From Acholeplasma sp. (lineage in GTDB: Bacteria > Bacillota_I > Bacilli_A > Acholeplasmatales > UBA5453): a stretch of DNA of 64,000 nucleotides. The translations under genes and the position numbers were made by a program. The DNA is taken from NCBI GenBank assembly GCA_036677365.1, contig JAVBWN010000014.1:64001-128000 (forward strand). Reading direction: 5' to 3'. Below, piece by piece: positions 21,004 through 30,704 of this stretch (its first letter is position 1; the number at the start of each line of letters is the position of its first letter). Under the pieces are notes generated by a model. That model had not been told where the DNA came from. It saw only the letters and a program-made list of their open reading frames with translations, and searched no databases.

Positions 21004-21418
21004 CGATAAAGAAGTGGTCAAATTACCTTTGATATTGGGAAAAATTATGAAGAAACTCCACAGTTTCGCTGACCCCATCCTAGAAAAGTACAATCTCTCT
21101 AGAATCCATGTCCATTATTTGGTCGCCTTATCCGATTGTACAAAATCCATTTCAGCGAAAGAGTTATCTGAAAAGTTATCGGTCGATAAAGCCAACACAT
21201 CGAGGGCCATCAACGAACTACTTGAACGTGGTTTTGTGGAAAAAGAAACCGAAGATCAAAAATCATTTCCGCTCCGTTTAACAGCACAAGGCATCCAAGT
21301 GGCGAAAGATTTAAAAGAACACAATGCCAAAGAAATGATGGCACTGCTTTCCGTCTTAAGCCCAGAAGAAAAGGCTCAAATGAAGTCCATTTTAACCAAA
21401 ATTTCAGAAAGTATATAA
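20990..21418 (+). CDS. MarR-family transcriptional regulator
   Basis: wHTH: SAKELSEKLSVDKANTSRAINELLERGFV..LRLTAQG; start uncertain. Confidence 0.88.
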   Translation: MQPNNDKEVVKLPLILGKIMKKLHSFADPILEKYNLSRIHVHYLVALSDCTKSISAKELSEKLSVDKANTSRAINELLERGFVEKETEDQKSFPLRLTAQGIQVAKDLKEHNAKEMMALLSVLSPEEKAQMKSILTKISESI

Positions 21419-21456
21419 AAAAATCGCCTTAGACACAAAAGTCTGAGGCGATTTTC
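21419..21456. terminator. Bidirectional terminator
   Basis: AAAATCGCCTTAGAC-ACAAAA-GTCTGAGGCGATTTT. Confidence 0.85.
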
Positions 21457-21457
21457 A

Positions 21458-21841
21458 TTATAACTGAGTTTGGCAATTGGCACAGTAACCATACACCGTT
21501 AAATCATGACTGGTGATTTTGAAATGATGTTTTAGAGCGTCTTCATCCGCGACCCCATGAAAATGACAATCCATTTCGATCATCTTGTGGCACTTTAGAC
21601 AAACCATATAATGTTTGTGTTCAGAAGAAGCCAGTTTATAGTAAGCTGTATTGTCTAAGAATGTTTTTTCAACCAAATGGTATTGTAAAAACGTGTCCAT
21701 GATACGGTAAACCGTGGATAGATTCATCGAACCCAAAGGTTGTTTCGCATAAATCATTTCCGCCGATAATGGGGCTTTTTGTTTTTGCATAAAGTGCAAC
21801 AATTGTTGACGCTGTTTCGTCATTTTTAACACATCAGTCAC
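21458..21841 (-). CDS. zur: Fur-family regulator, probably Zur
   Basis: TKQRQ, LSAE, STVYR, HKHYMVCLKC, YGYCANC; last gene of zinc ABC operon. Confidence 0.8.
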   Translation of the reverse strand: MTDVLKMTKQRQQLLHFMQKQKAPLSAEMIYAKQPLGSMNLSTVYRIMDTFLQYHLVEKTFLDNTAYYKLASSEHKHYMVCLKCHKMIEMDCHFHGVADEDALKHHFKITSHDLTVYGYCANCQTQL

Positions 21842-22643
21842 GACCTTTCAATTTGGTAAATCCGAACAATGACATGAATAGTATACCATGAACAACGATG
21901 ATGGTCGACCCTGCAGGAATTCCCAGTAAATGGGCAAAAATAATGCCTAGGATGGAAACAACCGCATTGATCATTAATCCACGAATCACCATTTGTTTGA
22001 AGCTTCTTGAAATCATTTGAGACGATACCGCTGGGAAAATAATAAACGCGGATATCAATAAAGTACCGATGGTTTTAACCCCAATCACGATGATGATGGC
22101 GGTTAAGATGGCCAAAGCATAATCGTAATAGGCAATTTTAATGCCTGAAAATTTCGCGTAGTTGTCATCGAATGTGATGGAGAATAATTTTGAATACCCA
22201 GTAATGATGAATAGGGAAGTCAAGATTAAAACAGAAAACGATACCCAAATATCCAGCCATGTGGTAGAGAAGATTGACCCGACCAACATCGATTCAACCG
22301 ACCGATTGAAACCACTGGAGGTGGAAATGAGGATGAGACCGATCGCGAAGGAGAATGAAGAAACCAAACCAATCGCGGTATCGCCTTCAACCAACTTGTT
22401 GCGCATCAACCATTTGATGATGATGGCAGCGATGATGACGAAAGGAATCGCAATCCATATGGGTTCTTGTGCAAACAATACCCCAATAATGATCCCTGTA
22501 AAGCTGATGTGTGCTAACCCATCGCCAATCAAGGATTGGTTTTTAGAGACCAAAAAGCTCGATATGAAGCCTGTAGATAAGGCGAGTGTCAAACCAATTA
22601 AGATGGCACGAATCATGAAAGGCCATAAAAGAAAATCAAACAT
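21834..22643 (-). CDS. znuB: Zn/Mn ABC transporter permease
   Basis: SLIGDGLAHISFTG, LVGSI, IGTLLISAFIIFPA. Confidence 0.9.
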   Translation of the reverse strand: MFDFLLWPFMIRAILIGLTLALSTGFISSFLVSKNQSLIGDGLAHISFTGIIIGVLFAQEPIWIAIPFVIIAAIIIKWLMRNKLVEGDTAIGLVSSFSFAIGLILISTSSGFNRSVESMLVGSIFSTTWLDIWVSFSVLILTSLFIITGYSKLFSITFDDNYAKFSGIKIAYYDYALAILTAIIIVIGVKTIGTLLISAFIIFPAVSSQMISRSFKQMVIRGLMINAVVSILGIIFAHLLGIPAGSTIIVVHGILFMSLFGFTKLKGRD

Positions 22644-23295
22644 GGTGATGGTGACCTCCTTTTTTATGACCCAAGAGTTGGTACTGTTCAAAAGTACCAA
22701 AGAATTTAACAACTTGATCCAATTCTAAAATCCTCGAACCATGGCGTAATCCGTCACTCAAATCGTGGGTGACGTGGATGATGGTCATCCCTTGGTCGTT
22801 GAGCTTTTCGATGTAAGCATAAAAGAATTTTCGGAATTCAGGGTCGAGTGCTGAGGTTGGTTCATCCAAAATCAATACATCTGGATTCGATAATAAGGCA
22901 CGGATGATGTACACCCTTTGTTGTTCTCCACCCGATAATTTATTCATCGGTTGATATATAAAATCGAGCATCCCCATATCCGATAATAGCTTTTTAATGG
23001 CTTCATCGGTTGGTTTTTTAGCATTCGATAATTTCAATACTTCATACACATTCGCTGGAATTTGTGCACTTTGAGATAAATGCTGTGGCAAGTAGCCAAA
23101 AACCACAGGGGCGATGGTAATCTTGCCCTGTGATGGTTTTTGTAAATTGGTCAATAGTTTAATTAAAGTGGTTTTGCCTGAACCATTGGGTCCAATGATG
23201 TTCAAGTAGTCGCCTTTGTTCACATAAAAATCAATATCGGATAAAACAACGGAATTACCATATTCAACTTTTACGTGTTCGGCAGAAATAATCAT
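22636..23295 (-). CDS. znuC: Zn/Mn ABC transporter ATPase
   Basis: GPNGSGKT, LSGGEQQR, LDEPT, VTHD; C-terminal His tail GGHHHHV. Confidence 0.9.
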   Translation of the reverse strand: MIISAEHVKVEYGNSVVLSDIDFYVNKGDYLNIIGPNGSGKTTLIKLLTNLQKPSQGKITIAPVVFGYLPQHLSQSAQIPANVYEVLKLSNAKKPTDEAIKKLLSDMGMLDFIYQPMNKLSGGEQQRVYIIRALLSNPDVLILDEPTSALDPEFRKFFYAYIEKLNDQGMTIIHVTHDLSDGLRHGSRILELDQVVKFFGTFEQYQLLGHKKGGHHHHV

Positions 23296-23296
23296 G

Positions 23297-24229
23297 TTAT
23301 AAAACCCCATCCGTGAAATTCAGTTTGATATTGTTCAAATTCTCAGTCCACAATTCAACCAAAGTGGTTTTGGCTTTGAATTGGTCCTTAGAAACGTTAT
23401 GCATACTATGTAGTGGCATCAATACTATATCATAATTATACGCGGATTTTAAGTCATTTTTGATGGTATTCGCTACGCTCATCGATTCGAATGGGTCATA
23501 ATAAACATAACTTACCCCTGAACTACGAATCGCTTGAATCATTTGTGCAATTTGTGCAGAGGTTGGGTCTGCATCCGGGCTAAACGATTCGGTTAGGCTT
23601 ATGATGTTCAAATCGAATTCCTCATTCAACGAACTGAATACGTTATGACCAATGAAATAAATGGGTCTCGATGATGGGTTTTCAATGGTTAAGAATTGAG
23701 TGCGAATGTCTTTGAGCTGATTTTTCAATACCTCAGCATTCGCTGTATAAATGGCCTCATTTTCAGGATCAATTTGGATAATACTTTGAAGTACAGCTTC
23801 CACCATATGTATTTGTGTGTGTACGGATACCCAATAATGTACATCGTGTTCGTGTTCGTCATGATCATCTTCATGAACTTCACCTGGATGTGCTGCTTCA
23901 TGGATTTCTTCAGTTAAGGCTTCTAAATCCACAGCGATCACATCACTATCTAAGATGTCTACTGCCCAAGTTTCTAATTCAATTGATGCATAAATAAATA
24001 GCTTGGCTTGATTGATTTGAATGACTTGTTTAGATGTGGGTTCAAAATCATGGGCTTCCACCCCTGGCGAAAGGATCATGGTATAAGTCAAATCTTGGTC
24101 GCCGACAATGGTTCTGACCATGTCATACTGAGGGTATAAGGTCACGACAATATCATAGGTTTTGGTTTGGCATGCACTGAGGATCAGTGTAGCGAGTAAT
24201 GCTGGTAAAACGATGAAAATTTTCTTCAT
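23297..24229 (-). CDS. znuA: Zn ABC transporter substrate-binding lipoprotein
   Basis: Lipobox LSAC, EAHDFEPT, His/acid-rich loop, DVHYW. Confidence 0.9.
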   Translation of the reverse strand: MKKIFIVLPALLATLILSACQTKTYDIVVTLYPQYDMVRTIVGDQDLTYTMILSPGVEAHDFEPTSKQVIQINQAKLFIYASIELETWAVDILDSDVIAVDLEALTEEIHEAAHPGEVHEDDHDEHEHDVHYWVSVHTQIHMVEAVLQSIIQIDPENEAIYTANAEVLKNQLKDIRTQFLTIENPSSRPIYFIGHNVFSSLNEEFDLNIISLTESFSPDADPTSAQIAQMIQAIRSSGVSYVYYDPFESMSVANTIKNDLKSAYNYDIVLMPLHSMHNVSKDQFKAKTTLVELWTENLNNIKLNFTDGVL

Positions 24230-24279
24230 GGTTGATAGACTCCTTTTTTCACAATACCCATTATAGCACTTCTGTTTTC

Positions 24280-24300
24280 AATTGCAAATAGTTTGCATTT
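24280..24300 (-). promoter_or_regulatory. Candidate Zur box over the -35 of the znuA promoter
   Basis: Near-palindrome AATTGCAAAT-A-GTTTGCATTT; minus-strand -10 TATAAT at 24260-24265. Confidence 0.65.
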
Positions 24301-24328
24301 GCATTTTCGATGATTTTACAACTTTTAT

Positions 24329-24400
24329 TTGATATGGCGGGCTATATTATGATATAATATGAGCCGTAAAGGTGAGTGGATTAGGTTCCACTCATTTTAT
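24329..24400 (+). promoter_or_regulatory. rimP operon promoter and leader attenuator hairpin
   Basis: TTGATA 24329, TG-A-TATAAT 24353; hairpin TGAGTGGA-TTAGGT-TCCACTCA followed by TTTTATT. Confidence 0.7.
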
Positions 24401-24423
24401 TAGTCAAAAGTAGGTGAGTAAAT

Positions 24424-24864
24424 ATGGACTTAAAGAAACTCGAAATCATCATCATCGACATTCTAAATCAACACGAATTATCCTTGTATAGTTTAAAAAC
24501 AAAAAAGGAATTTGGAGAAATGATTTTAGAAATTTTGGTCGATGGGGCAGATTTATCTTCTGACCACTTGGGTCTGGTCAACAGCGCACTCAGTGCAGCC
24601 TTGACAGAAGATATATTTGATCCTAATTATTATCTAGAGGTATCCTCACCCGGGGCTGAACGTCCACTGCGAGATGCATCGGAAGTGGAAAAAGCCATTG
24701 GAAAATATGTGCACATCGAAACACCTGAATTGAATAGTGATGGCTATTTATTGGATTTCAAAGACGGCATCATCACTTTCCAAATCAATTTAAAGGGTAG
24801 ACTAAAAAAATTAGAAATCCCGTATACAACCGTTAAATCCATGCGTTTAGCGATCAAGTTTTAG
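24424..24864 (+). CDS. rimP: Ribosome maturation factor RimP
   Basis: YYLEVSSPGAERPL; first gene of the nusA-infB operon. Confidence 0.93.
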   Translation: MDLKKLEIIIIDILNQHELSLYSLKTKKEFGEMILEILVDGADLSSDHLGLVNSALSAALTEDIFDPNYYLEVSSPGAERPLRDASEVEKAIGKYVHIETPELNSDGYLLDFKDGIITFQINLKGRLKKLEIPYTTVKSMRLAIKF

Positions 24865-24880
24865 GAGGAATGAAACGAAA

Positions 24881-25957
24881 ATGGTAAGCAAAGAGTTTTT
24901 TAGATTATTAGAAGTCATCGCAGAAGAACGTGGTATCTCTGTAGAACTCATTACAGATGCGTTTGTTAAAGGGATGATTGTGGCATTTAAAAAGAGTAAA
25001 GGCCACACCTCTTGTCGTGTTGAAATCAATCCAGATAAGAATGAAATCTTGGTATTTGAACAACATTTGGTTGTCCCAGATGAAGGGTATGACTTAGAAG
25101 CCGACCCGACATTAAAACAAATGAAACTCAGTGAAGCGAAACAGCGCAAAAATAGAATTAAAGTCGGGGATATTTTAGAAGAATCCATCAACCCGAAAGA
25201 ATTCTCTCAAACTGCTGTTGTCAACTTAAAGAATGTATTGAATCAAAACTTGAAGAACATTGAAAAGGAAAATGTCTATCAATTCTTCAAGGAAAAAGAA
25301 AAAGAAATGGTGATTGCGAAAGTCATCGGTGAAGATGAAGAATACTACCGATTAGACTTAGGCAAAGAACTCACCACCTTATTGCCAAAAAGAGAAGCAC
25401 TACCTACCGATAAGTTTGTTGTTGGTGAATCGATCAAAGTGTATATCGCCAGTGTTGAAATGAAAACCAAGGGACCAAAAGTCTTGGTCACTCGACTCGA
25501 TAAGAGCTTGGTAACAAGACTATTTGAAAACCTCATTCCTGAAGTGAAATCGGGTGTGGTTGAAATTATGGGCATCGCGAGAGACCCAGGTGATAGAACC
25601 AAAGTCGGTGTCATGTCCAATGACAAGAATGTCGATGCCATCGGTGCCTGCATCGGTGAAGAATCTTCAAGAATCAGAGAAATCGTTCGAGCACTATCTG
25701 GCGAAAAAGTCGACTTATTCTTGTGGAGTACCAATGAACGTGATTTGATTGCCAATTCATTACAACCCGCTGAGGTTTTAGCAGTCACCCAAATCAACCC
25801 AATCAAACGTACGGCTTTAGCCATTGTTAAAGACGATAAATTATCGCTTGCGATTGGTAAAGGTGGACAAAACGTTAAATTGGCTGTTCAAGCAATCAAC
25901 TGGAAGATTGACATCAAGAGTGCATCTATGGCAGAAGCTGAAGGGATTCTATTCTAA
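24881..25957 (+). CDS. nusA: Transcription termination factor NusA
   Basis: S1 and KH domains, ARDPGDRTKV, GACIG, SLAIGKGGQNVKLA. Confidence 0.97.
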   Translation: MVSKEFFRLLEVIAEERGISVELITDAFVKGMIVAFKKSKGHTSCRVEINPDKNEILVFEQHLVVPDEGYDLEADPTLKQMKLSEAKQRKNRIKVGDILEESINPKEFSQTAVVNLKNVLNQNLKNIEKENVYQFFKEKEKEMVIAKVIGEDEEYYRLDLGKELTTLLPKREALPTDKFVVGESIKVYIASVEMKTKGPKVLVTRLDKSLVTRLFENLIPEVKSGVVEIMGIARDPGDRTKVGVMSNDKNVDAIGACIGEESSRIREIVRALSGEKVDLFLWSTNERDLIANSLQPAEVLAVTQINPIKRTALAIVKDDKLSLAIGKGGQNVKLAVQAINWKIDIKSASMAEAEGILF

Positions 25958-25969
25958 CGGAGGTTTCGC

Positions 25970-26239
25970 ATGAAAGAAAAAAAAGTACCGATGCGCACAT
26001 GCGTCGTGACCAAAGAAGTTAGACCGAAAAAAGACCTCATCCGCGTGGTCGCTACCCAAGAGGGTGACGTTTCAGTGGATGTTAAAGGCAAAGCCAATGG
26101 ACGTGGGGCTTATTTGATCCTTTCCAAAGAAGTGATTGAAAAAGCAAGAAAATCCAAGGCTTTAGATAAGAAATTAGAAGTAACTGTCCCCGATGCCATT
26201 TACGATACATTGTTATCGTTACTAGACAACCATGCCTAA
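25970..26239 (+). CDS. ylxR: YlxR/RnpM RNA-binding protein
   Basis: KKVPMRTCVVT, GKANGRGAY. Confidence 0.93.
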   Translation: MKEKKVPMRTCVVTKEVRPKKDLIRVVATQEGDVSVDVKGKANGRGAYLILSKEVIEKARKSKALDKKLEVTVPDAIYDTLLSLLDNHA

Positions 26240-26510
26240 CCGTTTGGGTTTAGCGCAGGTCGCTGGCAAGGTCAAAGCGGGCACAGATTTTACAGTCGAG
26301 GCGATTCGTTCAAAACAGGCTAAACTCGTTTTTCTTGCGTCTGATGCGTCAGACAACACAAAAAAAAGGGTATTAGATAAAGCCAGTTTTTATGCGGTGC
26401 CCGTACTGGAAATATTTGATACGGCGACGCTATCGAAAGCGGTTGGTAGAACCAACATCAAAGCGCTAGCGATCACCGATCAAGGGTTTGCCAATATGTT
26501 TAAAAAATAG
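26232..26510 (+). CDS. ylxQ: L7Ae-family protein YlxQ
   Basis: [33 protein letters not shown]. Confidence 0.9.
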   Translation: MPNRLGLAQVAGKVKAGTDFTVEAIRSKQAKLVFLASDASDNTKKRVLDKASFYAVPVLEIFDTATLSKAVGRTNIKALAITDQGFANMFKK

Positions 26511-26524
26511 AAGGAAGTGATGAT

Positions 26525-28351
26525 ATGAACAAACGTCCTAATTCAAAGAAAAATGAATCTAGAACGTCCAACATACCAAGGAGAGACGCCAACGTCGTTC
26601 GTGGTAAAACGATTATTTACAAGCCAAACATGAAAGTATCTGAAGTGGCTGAAGGGTTAGGCATTTCGAATGCTGAAATCATTAAGAAACTCATGATGCT
26701 GGGTGTGATGACCTCTGTCAACCAATCGATTGACCGTGATACCATTGAACTCATCTCTGAAGATATGGGATTTAAAATTCAAGACGAAGTAATCACAGAT
26801 ATTACCCGTTTTGATGAAATGAAGTTTGAAGATAGACCTGAAGATTTGGTGAAGCGTGCACCAATCGTGACCATCATGGGTCACGTTGACCACGGTAAAA
26901 CCACGTTATTAGATACCATCCGTCACACCCGCGTGGTCGCAGGTGAAGCCGGTGGGATTACCCAACACATCGGGGCGTATCAAGTCGAAAGAAATGGTGA
27001 AAAAATCACCTTCATCGATACCCCAGGACACGCCGCATTTACTGAGATGCGTGCCCGTGGTGCGAAAGTTACCGACGTGTGTATTTTAGTGGTTGCTGCC
27101 GATGATGGTGTCATGCCACAAACAATAGAAGCACTCGAACATGCGAAAGCCGCACAAGTACCCATCGTGGTTGCAGTCAATAAAATGGATAAACCACAAG
27201 CCAACCCAGATTTGGTCATGACTGAATTATCCAATCTCGGATTGATTCCGGAAGCCTGGGGTGGGAATACCCCATTTGTTGAAGTCTCTGCATTAAAAGG
27301 CAAAGGCATCGACACCCTACTGGATGTCATCCAATTGGTATCTGAAATTGAAGATTTAAAAGCCAACCCTAACCGTCTTGCCAGTGGTACTGTCATTGAA
27401 GCTAGACTCGATAAAGGTAGAGGGATTGTCACAACTGTGATTGTCACCAATGGTACATTAAAAGTCGGCGATAACGTCGTTGCTGGTAATACCTATGGTA
27501 AGATTCGTACCATGAATGACGATACCAAACGTCGTTTTGATGAAGCGATACCAGGACAACCTGTGGAAATCACCGGTTTATATGACATGCCAGAAGCTGG
27601 AGACATCTTCGTTGCTTTAAGCGATGAACGTCAAGCAAGACAAATCGCTGAAGAACGTCAAGCAAGACAACGCGAAGGTGAAATGGCCAAACAAAAGAAA
27701 GCTTCCTTGAAGTCCATGATGGACCAAGCAGAAGCTGAACAAAAAGAATTGGTATTGATCATCAAAGGCGACACCCAAGGTTCGATTGAAGCCTTAAAGG
27801 GGTCTCTTGAAAAACTCAATATTGAAGGACTACACGTCAACGTCATCCGTTCATCGGTTGGTGCCATCACCGAAAGCGACGTATCCCTAGCAAGCGCATC
27901 CAACGCCATCATCATTGGTTTCAATGTGAGACCAACCACCGTGGTCAGAGAGTTTGCGAAAGGTCAAGGCGTAGAAATCAGACTATACAACATCATCTAT
28001 AAAGCCATTGAAGATATTGAAGCTGCATTGACAGGTATGCTCGCACCTGAATATGAAGAAGTCGTCACAGGCCAAGCAGAAGTCCGTAGCGTATTTAAGA
28101 TTTCTAAAGTTGGTGCGGTGGCAGGTTGTTATGTGACCGATGGTGTCATCGAACGTAATTCTTTGGTGAGAATTATTCGTGATGGCATTGTTGTATATGA
28201 AGGCAAAATGGCATCATTAAAGCGTTTTAAAGACGATGCTAAAGAAGTCAAGGCTGGATATGAATGTGGTATTTCTATCGAAAACTTTAACGATATCAAA
28301 GAAGGCGACATCATGGAAGCCTCAATTGAAAAAGAAGTGGAGCGTGGATAA
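26525..28351 (+). CDS. infB: Translation initiation factor IF-2 (short N-terminus)
   Basis: [38 protein letters not shown]. Confidence 0.98.
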   Translation: MNKRPNSKKNESRTSNIPRRDANVVRGKTIIYKPNMKVSEVAEGLGISNAEIIKKLMMLGVMTSVNQSIDRDTIELISEDMGFKIQDEVITDITRFDEMKFEDRPEDLVKRAPIVTIMGHVDHGKTTLLDTIRHTRVVAGEAGGITQHIGAYQVERNGEKITFIDTPGHAAFTEMRARGAKVTDVCILVVAADDGVMPQTIEALEHAKAAQVPIVVAVNKMDKPQANPDLVMTELSNLGLIPEAWGGNTPFVEVSALKGKGIDTLLDVIQLVSEIEDLKANPNRLASGTVIEARLDKGRGIVTTVIVTNGTLKVGDNVVAGNTYGKIRTMNDDTKRRFDEAIPGQPVEITGLYDMPEAGDIFVALSDERQARQIAEERQARQREGEMAKQKKASLKSMMDQAEAEQKELVLIIKGDTQGSIEALKGSLEKLNIEGLHVNVIRSSVGAITESDVSLASASNAIIIGFNVRPTTVVREFAKGQGVEIRLYNIIYKAIEDIEAALTGMLAPEYEEVVTGQAEVRSVFKISKVGAVAGCYVTDGVIERNSLVRIIRDGIVVYEGKMASLKRFKDDAKEVKAGYECGISIENFNDIKEGDIMEASIEKEVERG

Positions 28352-28353
28352 TT

Positions 28354-28698
28354 ATGTCAAGCATTTCCATCGAAAGATTGAATTCATTATTTTTAAGAGA
28401 ACTCGCTGTCATCATCAACCGTGAAAATAAATCCGATGTGGTCAGTTATTACAACTTAACTGAAGTCCGCATTACCAGAGATTTGTCATTCGCTACGGTA
28501 TTTTATACCATCTTAAATGATGACCCAGAAGTCATTAAAGTGGCTCAAGCGAACTTAGATAAGATCAACAAACAAGTCAGAAAAGAGTTGGCGGTCAAAG
28601 TCAACAATTTGAGAAAGATGCCTGAATTGGTCTTTAAGTACGACGAAGCCCTCGCCTATGGCAACAAGATTGATAAAATCCTTAAATCCATTGAATAG
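28354..28698 (+). CDS. rbfA: Ribosome-binding factor A
   Basis: TEVRITRDLSFATVF, LRKMPELVFKYD; follows infB. Confidence 0.93.
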   Translation: MSSISIERLNSLFLRELAVIINRENKSDVVSYYNLTEVRITRDLSFATVFYTILNDDPEVIKVAQANLDKINKQVRKELAVKVNNLRKMPELVFKYDEALAYGNKIDKILKSIE

Positions 28699-28718
28699 GA
28701 CCCATTTGGGTCCTTTTT
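28697..28718 (+). terminator. Terminator of rimP-rbfA operon
   Basis: AGGACCC-ATTT-GGGTCCT followed by a T run. Confidence 0.85.
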
Positions 28719-28825
28719 GTTATAAAAACCCGCTCTTTTTTCACGATATAAAAAAATTCAAAAAAATTCTAAATCTGTATTGAAAATTCAAAAAATGGTG
28801 TATAATATAAGTAAGGAGGGGTATT

Positions 28826-29209
28826 ATGGCAATAGAATGGATTATGCCGAAGGACACTTTAGGCACTGTTACCTTCTATGACTCGAACATCACATTGAAC
28901 AAAGTGGCAGCATCTTATTTCATCGATGCATTTAAAGTCATTGTAGGCATTGACAGAGAAAAAAGACGTGTCGTGATTAAAAATTTAAGCAAAGAAGAAG
29001 CCACTCGAGGCGATGTTAATAAAAACCATTTACTGGATGTCGCCATTAAAAAGAGCTATGGCAGAATCAGTAGCAAAAAGGTCGTGAGCGATATTTCGAC
29101 CGTCACCAATTTTAGTTTTACCAAAGATACGAACTACAAATATCGCGCTAAGTGGAATGCCACAGAAAAGTTACTCGTAATCGAGCTCGATGAGGAGGTT
29201 AGGGGTTAA
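28826..29209 (+). CDS. Hypothetical protein
   Basis: Strong AAGGAGG RBS; stop overlaps the nfeD-like start (TAATG). Confidence 0.8.
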   Translation: MAIEWIMPKDTLGTVTFYDSNITLNKVAASYFIDAFKVIVGIDREKRRVVIKNLSKEEATRGDVNKNHLLDVAIKKSYGRISSKKVVSDISTVTNFSFTKDTNYKYRAKWNATEKLLVIELDEEVRG

Positions 29210-29664
29210 TGGAATTCATCAATGAATATTTAATGATTATTATTTGGGCAGTGGTGTTGGTGGGAACCATCCTCATTGAATTTGAAACATCAGACTTGGT
29301 AACCATTTGGTTCTCAGTCGGTGCGATTGGCGCGTTGATCGCCGCCGCTTTAGGTATGAATTTTGTCGGACAAATCGCAATTTTCATCGTTGTATCATTC
29401 ATCTTACTCATTTTAACTCGACCATTGACAAAACGTTTTATGGACAAAGAAGTGGTGAAAACCAATGCTGACCGTATGGTGGGCATGCATGGTGTCGTCA
29501 CCACCGAAATTCCATTTGATGGTAAAGGTGAAATCAAAGTATCCTCGCAAATTTGGACAGCCTTTTCTACTAGAAAAGATGCCATTCCAGTCGGTACTAG
29601 AGTCGTGATTTTGGATATCGTCGGTAACAAATTACTCGTCGATATTCTTAAAGAAGAAATATAA
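29209..29664 (+). CDS. NfeD-like (YbbJ) membrane protein
   Basis: 3 TM then OB fold (TNADRMVG..GEIKV..WTA..GTRVVI); adjacent to SPFH gene. Confidence 0.9.
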   Translation: MEFINEYLMIIIWAVVLVGTILIEFETSDLVTIWFSVGAIGALIAAALGMNFVGQIAIFIVVSFILLILTRPLTKRFMDKEVVKTNADRMVGMHGVVTTEIPFDGKGEIKVSSQIWTAFSTRKDAIPVGTRVVILDIVGNKLLVDILKEEI

Positions 29665-29684
29665 AAAAAGAAAGGATGATTTAT

Positions 29685-30623
29685 ATGTTTAATGTATTAG
29701 CAACACAACCGGGTACGATTGCGTTAGTCATTCTACTCATCGTTTTACTGCTTGCTGTGATTATTGCCCTTTCGAGTATTCGAATCGTTCGCCAAACTCA
29801 AGCATTGGTTATTGAAAGATTGGGTCGTTATTATACGACATGGAACACCGGCATTCACTGGTTGGTTCCATTCATTGATCGAGTTTCAAAAGTAGTCACT
29901 TTAAAAGAAATCGTCAATGACTATGCACCACAACCCGTCATTACTAGAGATAACGTTACGATGCAAATCGATACCGTTGTGTATTATCAAATCACTGACC
30001 CTAAAGCGTTTGCGTATGGGGTGGATAATCCGAACCGCGCACTAGAAACGTTGTCAGCCACCACATTGCGTAACATCATTGGTGCGATTGACCTAGATGA
30101 AGCCCTCACCAGCCGTGAACTCATCAATAGCAAAATGCGCATCATTTTAGATGAAGCGACAGACCCGTGGGGTATCAAAGTCATTCGTGTCGAATTGAAG
30201 AACATCATTCCACCAAAAGACATCCGTGAAGCAATGGAAAAACAAATGAGAGCTGAACGTGAAAAACGTCAATCGATTTTGATTGCTGAAGGGGAAAAAC
30301 AATCCGCCATCTTAAAAGCTGAAGGGTTCAAAGAATCTCAAATCCTAGAAGCACAAGCGAGAAAAGAAGCAGCCATCTTAAAAGCTCAAGGGGAAGCTGA
30401 AGCCATCCTTAAAGTTCAAGAAGCAACCGCAAAAGGGATTGAAATGATCAAGAAATCTGGTGCAGACCAAGCCGTATTGACCATGAAAGCCTATGAAGCG
30501 TTGGTTGAAGTATCGAAAGGTCAAGCAACCAAACTCATCATCCCATCGGACCTTCAAGGACTTGCTGGATTGGTTACATCCGCTAGAGAAATGTTTTCAG
30601 AAGACAAGAAAACCAGTAAGTAA
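29685..30623 (+). CDS. SPFH/stomatin-like (QmcA) protein
   Basis: VIERLGRY, VITRDNV, TTLRNIIG, WGIKV.RVE, QMRAEREKR..ILIAEG. Confidence 0.93.
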   Translation: MFNVLATQPGTIALVILLIVLLLAVIIALSSIRIVRQTQALVIERLGRYYTTWNTGIHWLVPFIDRVSKVVTLKEIVNDYAPQPVITRDNVTMQIDTVVYYQITDPKAFAYGVDNPNRALETLSATTLRNIIGAIDLDEALTSRELINSKMRIILDEATDPWGIKVIRVELKNIIPPKDIREAMEKQMRAEREKRQSILIAEGEKQSAILKAEGFKESQILEAQARKEAAILKAQGEAEAILKVQEATAKGIEMIKKSGADQAVLTMKAYEALVEVSKGQATKLIIPSDLQGLAGLVTSAREMFSEDKKTSK

Positions 30624-30704
30624 ATCATAGAGCAGGCCTAAAAACCTGCTTTTTTTTCGTCTGATGGGGGATCAATTATGTTATAATTTGATGTAGGTGA
30701 TACT

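Noticed and set aside
22636..22660. His tail on ZnuC resembling an affinity tag
   Set aside because: Natural feature of zinc ABC ATPases
22162..22728. Long antisense ORFs (this one, and 25345-25824, 26980-27450 and others)
   Set aside because: Shadows of well-supported genes on the opposite strand; no RBS or recognisable motifs
27626..27670. 18-bp direct repeat GAACGTCAAGCAAGACAA in infB
   Set aside because: In-frame ERQARQ duplication in a helical linker; two copies only, not an array
30300..30420. Repeated GCCATCTTAAAAGCT in the SPFH gene
   Set aside because: Normal AILKA coiled-coil repeats of stomatin-like proteins
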